From NCBI GenBank assembly GCA_020636835.1, contig JACJXC010000007.1, forward strand, positions 281,229 to 345,228: a DNA stretch of 64,000 nucleotides, in the 5' to 3' direction. The notes under the pieces are model-generated. The model was not told where the DNA came from, searched no databases, and saw only the letters and a program-made list of their open reading frames with translations. The stretch comes from Bacteroidales bacterium. GTDB taxonomy: Bacteria > Bacteroidota > Bacteroidia > Bacteroidales > Tenuifilaceae. The translations under genes and the position numbers were made by a program. Below, piece by piece: positions 60,372 to 64,000 of this stretch (the first letter of the stretch is position 1; every line of letters begins with the position of its first letter).

Positions 60372-61437
60372 GTTAATATGCGAATTAAGGGTTAAAGAAT
60401 TAGGAAGATATAAGCTGCCGCTAACCTTCCAAACACGTAGACCATCAGTCCCTTAGTGGACCGCACCCTGGATGCTCTTTGAATATCTGTTTTTTCTATC
60501 AGCCAGTTGAATAACGATTCTATGGGTTGCCTGACTTTTGATACCGCTGTGGAGAACAGCTCGTTTGCGGCTTTGTCCCTCATCCTTGTCTGTTCATCCT
60601 GCCCTTTAACCGCCTTTACCGGGGTTAGCATCAGTGCGTTCTTTCCCGCTCTGTTTTGTGCAAAGTACTCATTGTCATGGTATATCTTATCCCCATAAAA
60701 CGTTCTATTTTCAATATCCCCCCAGGCCTGCTTAAAAAGGTTCAGGTCGTTTTCCGAAGCAGGGGTGAGCTGAAACTGCTCAGGGAAGGGCAAGCGGTTT
60801 GGGCGTTGAAAGGCAAGCGCATGCAGCTTAAGGCCATAGTAATAAATGCCTTTGGTGGAGCAGTAACCCTTGTCAGTAATCTCTTTGGCCACTTTACCTT
60901 CACGTTTCCCTGAGCAGGTGATAATGGGCATAGAGTCCAGTAAGCTGGTATCGCACAGACAGTCCATGGGCGTATACCTTTCAATTGTTTGGGCGGCAAG
61001 CAGCTTGAAAGCTTCACCCAACCGGTTGATCCTCATGTTGAAGGCCTCGTATGAGGGCAGTAGGGGGAACCACGATCGGAGATGGTCGCTGGCAAATTCA
61101 TGGATTTGTTTAACTTTAAAGCGTTGTTCAACGTGCATAGAATACAGATAAATTGTCATTACCTCCTCGTCGGTAAATGCCGGCGTGGAATTATTGCTGA
61201 ACCGTTGGCAAGAGTATTTTAACTCTTGCCTGTACATGTCGCTAATATACAGATATATAGCGATCAATTTGAGCTCTTTTACCTTAGGAATCATGCTGGA
61301 AGGCGTAGTGTGGTTACTTGCCTTAAAGTACTGATTTCTAAGGTTTTGTACAAATATTTTAATCACAAATTACTGACATTCAGTAATTTAATTGTTAATA
61401 ACTTTATGATTTTTCAACTCTTAATTCGCATAAAATA
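60372..61437 (-). mobile_element. IS982-family insertion sequence (~1.07 kb) with imperfect terminal inverted repeats
   Basis: Left end …ttaatatgcgaattaagggttaaagaatt, and right-end reverse complement …tattttatgcgaattaagagttgaaaaatc (about 20/24 match). Single transposase ORF fills the element. Confidence 0.8.
60392..61366 (-). CDS. IS982-family DDE transposase
   Basis: 324-aa ORF with IS982-like features (…YYYGLKLH…, N-terminal hydrophobic LKLIAIYLYISD). Confidence 0.8.
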   Translation of the reverse strand: MIKIFVQNLRNQYFKASNHTTPSSMIPKVKELKLIAIYLYISDMYRQELKYSCQRFSNNSTPAFTDEEVMTIYLYSMHVEQRFKVKQIHEFASDHLRSWFPLLPSYEAFNMRINRLGEAFKLLAAQTIERYTPMDCLCDTSLLDSMPIITCSGKREGKVAKEITDKGYCSTKGIYYYGLKLHALAFQRPNRLPFPEQFQLTPASENDLNLFKQAWGDIENRTFYGDKIYHDNEYFAQNRAGKNALMLTPVKAVKGQDEQTRMRDKAANELFSTAVSKVRQPIESLFNWLIEKTDIQRASRVRSTKGLMVYVFGRLAAAYIFLIL

Positions 61438-61467
61438 CTTATCTTCACAAAAACAATACAACTAAAC

Positions 61468-62061
61468 ATGGAGATACTCAACTTCAACTTATGGTGGGAG
61501 GGTTTATCCACCCTATCGAAAGTTTACTGGATGATTGCAATACCCGCCTCCGCAATCTTCCTAATTCAAATTGTGATGACGTTTGTGGGCGCCGACTCCG
61601 ATGGACATTTAGATGCCACGGGCGATGCCGATGCAAGCATTGATGGCGATGCAGGAATTGGATTTCAACTCATCAGCCTAAAAAATCTCATTGGGTTCTT
61701 CACCATTTTTGGATGGAGCGGAATTGCCTGTATCGACTCAGGACTATCAACCCCAATAACCATAGTAATCTCGTTCTTTAGCGGATTGCTGATGATGGTT
61801 ATAATGGCAACCATCTTTTACTTCATGGGAAAACTGGTTGAGTCGGGGAATGTAGTAATGGCCTCGGCAGTTGGAAAAACCGGAACGGTTTATCTTGTTA
61901 TTCCGGCCAACCGCAGAGCAGCTGGGAAAATTCAATTTCAGCATCAAGGGTTCAGAACTATCGATGCAATGACCGATGAAGCCGAGGATATACCTACTGG
62001 TGCTGTAATACAGGTTACCGCTATAATTAATGATGATTTGGTGCTAGTAAAGAAAGTGTAG
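61468..62061 (+). CDS. NfeD/YqiJ-like membrane protein (OB-fold C-terminus)
   Basis: Three or four TM helices plus a C-terminal beta-rich domain. Directly upstream of a flotillin gene. Confidence 0.7.
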   Translation: MEILNFNLWWEGLSTLSKVYWMIAIPASAIFLIQIVMTFVGADSDGHLDATGDADASIDGDAGIGFQLISLKNLIGFFTIFGWSGIACIDSGLSTPITIVISFFSGLLMMVIMATIFYFMGKLVESGNVVMASAVGKTGTVYLVIPANRRAAGKIQFQHQGFRTIDAMTDEAEDIPTGAVIQVTAIINDDLVLVKKV

Positions 62062-62067
62062 ATAATA

Positions 62068-62105
62068 AAGTCATGCTGAACTTGTTTCAGCATCTCAAGC
62101 ATTTC
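62068..62105 (+). repeat. Palindromic repeat GTCATGCTGAACTTGTTTCAGCATCTC (hairpin tgctgaa/ttcagca). Possible terminator/REP-like element.
   Basis: About 27/33 identical to an inverted copy at 45596-45628. Confidence 0.6.
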
Positions 62106-62142
62106 TCAATTATTTCTATAAAAAATCCTAAAATATCTAAAT

Positions 62143-63552
62143 ATGAGTCAATTTGTTGTTTTTGCAATTGTAATTGGGATAGTATTCGTGTTTATCCTAA
62201 TTATTTCGCTATTCAAGCGTTACAAGCGATGCCCTTCGGACAGGGTGCTTGTTGTTTACGGTAAAGTTGGTAAGGGAAAAACCGCCGAGGCCCGCTCCGC
62301 AAAGTGTATTCACGGAGGTGCTGCATTTATTTGGCCGGTAATTCAAGATTATTCTTTTCTGAATCTTACACCACTGTCCATTGAAATTAACCTAACCAAC
62401 GCGCTTAGCCAGCAGAATATCCGTGTTGATGTGCCATCACGTTTTACCGTGGGTATATCCACAGAGCCAGGCGTAATGGATAATGCCGCTGAACGTCTGT
62501 TAGGTTTAAGTCAGGATGATATTAGCAACCTTGCAAAGGATATCATTTTTGGTCAACTCCGTTTGGTTGTGGCCACCATGGATATTGAGGAAATCAACAG
62601 CAACCGCGATAAATTCCTTGCTGCTGTTTCGTCGAACGTAGAAGCCGAATTGAAAAAAATCGGTTTAAAACTAATCAACGTAAACGTAACCGACATTAAC
62701 GATGAGTCGGGCTACATTGTCGCCTTGGGTAAAGAAGCCGCTGCTAAGGCTATTAACGATGCCAAAAAGAGCGTTGCTGAGAAGAACCGCGACGGTTCCA
62801 TTGGCGAGGCAAACGCGCTCCGCGACCAACGCGTTCAGGTTTCATCGGCCGACGCTACTGCCGTTGAAGGGGAAAACACCGCAAAGGTTACAATAGCCAA
62901 TTCAAATGCAACCCGTAGGGAAAGAGAAGCCGAAGCCGAAAGAAAAGCTATTGCTGCAGAGAAAGTGAATCAAGCAAAAGCATTGGAAGAAGCCTACGCC
63001 GCTGAGCGCGAGGCTGAGTTAGCCCGTGCAGAACGTCAGGAGGCTACCCAAAAAGCCGATATTGTGGTTCCAGCACAAATCAATAAGGAGAAAATTGAGA
63101 TTGATGCAGAGGCAATGGCAGAGCAAATTCGACGTCATGCGCGAGGAGAGGCCGATGCTATCTACATGAAGATGCAGGCCGAAGCAAAAGGTATTTACGA
63201 AATCCTAAGTAAACAGGCCGAAGGTTTCGAGAAACTAAGCAAAGCAACCGGAAACTCACAGGATGCAGTAATGATGATGATTGCCGATAAACTTCCTGAA
63301 TTAGTTAAAACTCAGGTTGAAGCCATTAAGAACCTTAAGATTGACAAGATTACCGTTTGGGATAATATGAGTTCTGGTAAAGATGGAAAATCGCCAACCT
63401 CGGCTAACTTCCTATCGGGAATGCTGGGTTCTATCCCTCCATTCGAGGAACTATTCAAAATGGCTGGTATGGAATTGCCAAACTACCTAAAGGGGAAGAG
63501 CATTGAGCAAAGCCAAAAGGATGGAGTTACTGATGCCGAAGAGGTGAAATAG
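62143..63552 (+). CDS. Flotillin / SPFH (band 7) family protein, YqiK-like
   Basis: N-terminal TM, SPFH domain, and long Ala/Glu-rich coiled-coil (…EREAEAERKAIAAEK…). Confidence 0.85.
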   Translation: MSQFVVFAIVIGIVFVFILIISLFKRYKRCPSDRVLVVYGKVGKGKTAEARSAKCIHGGAAFIWPVIQDYSFLNLTPLSIEINLTNALSQQNIRVDVPSRFTVGISTEPGVMDNAAERLLGLSQDDISNLAKDIIFGQLRLVVATMDIEEINSNRDKFLAAVSSNVEAELKKIGLKLINVNVTDINDESGYIVALGKEAAAKAINDAKKSVAEKNRDGSIGEANALRDQRVQVSSADATAVEGENTAKVTIANSNATRREREAEAERKAIAAEKVNQAKALEEAYAAEREAELARAERQEATQKADIVVPAQINKEKIEIDAEAMAEQIRRHARGEADAIYMKMQAEAKGIYEILSKQAEGFEKLSKATGNSQDAVMMMIADKLPELVKTQVEAIKNLKIDKITVWDNMSSGKDGKSPTSANFLSGMLGSIPPFEELFKMAGMELPNYLKGKSIEQSQKDGVTDAEEVK

Positions 63553-63571
63553 TATAACAAATACAAAAAGC

Positions 63572-63604
63572 AAAGGGTGTCCGTATCGGCACCCTTTCTT
63601 TTTA
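63572..63604. terminator. Bidirectional rho-independent terminator (aagggtg…caccctt + T-tract)
   Basis: 7-bp stem with a 10-nt loop, flanked by A-rich sequence upstream and TCTTTTT downstream, between convergent genes. Confidence 0.8.
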
Positions 63605-63607
63605 CAG

Positions 63608-64000
63608 TTAACCGCAGCAACCACAACCACAGGTATGCTCACCCTTAATCTGGCTTTTGTAAAACGAGTAAAACCCATCCATTATCTCATCGCGAACTTT
63701 ACGGAACTCTGCAATTATTACCTCATCGGTTCCAATTGCCTCCGCTGGGTCGTCGTAGCCTAAGTGCCAGCGCTGCTTTACTTTTCCTGTAAAAACGGGG
63801 CAGTTCTCGTTAGCTCCGCCACAAACTGTAATTACATACTCCCACTCCTCCATAATATATTGGTCAACTCGCTTTGGGGTATGCAGGCTAATATCAATAC
63901 CAACTTCGCTCATAACCTTAATGGCGTTTGGGTTAACCCTTTCGGCAGGTTCAGTACCTGCGGAATAAACCTGAAGGCTAGAATCAAACGATTGTAAAAA
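63608..64000 (-). CDS. arsC: Arsenate reductase (LMW-PTP/thioredoxin-coupled ArsC family), 5'-partial at window edge, with unusual C-terminal CGCGCCG tail
   Basis: The upstream in-frame translation continues …LQVYSAGTEPAERVNPNAIKVMSEVGIDIS…, an ArsC/LMW-PTP motif. The ORF runs off the window. Confidence 0.7.
   Translation of the reverse strand, partial: FLQSFDSSLQVYSAGTEPAERVNPNAIKVMSEVGIDISLHTPKRVDQYIMEEWEYVITVCGGANENCPVFTGKVKQRWHLGYDDPAEAIGTDEVIIAEFRKVRDEIMDGFYSFYKSQIKGEHTCGCGCCG

Noticed and set aside
1-64000. CRISPR arrays / cas genes
   Set aside because: No regularly spaced direct repeats were seen. No Cas-like proteins are among the ORFs.

Overview
This 64 kb window looks like a Bacteroidetes (Bacteroidales-like) chromosome, about 45% GC, densely coded on both strands. 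Protein-level recognition suggests an ABC efflux operon (TolC, HlyD, MacB-like ATPase, two FtsX permeases) read divergently from an NtrC-type sigma-54 two-component system. Housekeeping genes include gpmI, gcvP, gltX, pcm, elbB, thpR, arcA, corA, wecB and a cysE-cysK pair. There is also an acyl-CoA carboxylase cluster (carboxyltransferase, BCCP, and a biotin carboxylase that is frameshifted in this sequence). Other content: two giant multi-PAS hybrid sensor kinases (one preceded by a CheY-like receiver gene and followed by a radical SAM gene, apparently as one operon), a T9SS-sorted surface protein, two tRNAs (Leu-TAA, Gly-GCC), an IS982-family insertion next to a yqiJ/yqiK-like NfeD-flotillin pair, a partial arsC at the window edge, and several intrinsic terminators. 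The most notable non-annotated signal is a 28-codon ORF with a Cys-Thr-Cys-Cys-Cys run, directly followed by a strong terminator with an alternative antiterminator pairing, 20 nt upstream of cysE. This looks like a cysteine-sensing leader-peptide attenuator. Other observations: a near-consensus sigma-54 promoter plus a palindromic upstream site in front of the efflux operon, a family of short palindromic GTCATCC-GAGCGAAGCGAAGGATC-type repeats (one nested, MITE-like), an orphan low-GC MntA-like nucleotidyltransferase with no HEPN partner, a NYN-cold-shock-domain fusion protein, and a radical SAM enzyme with a noncanonical CX4CX2C cluster.
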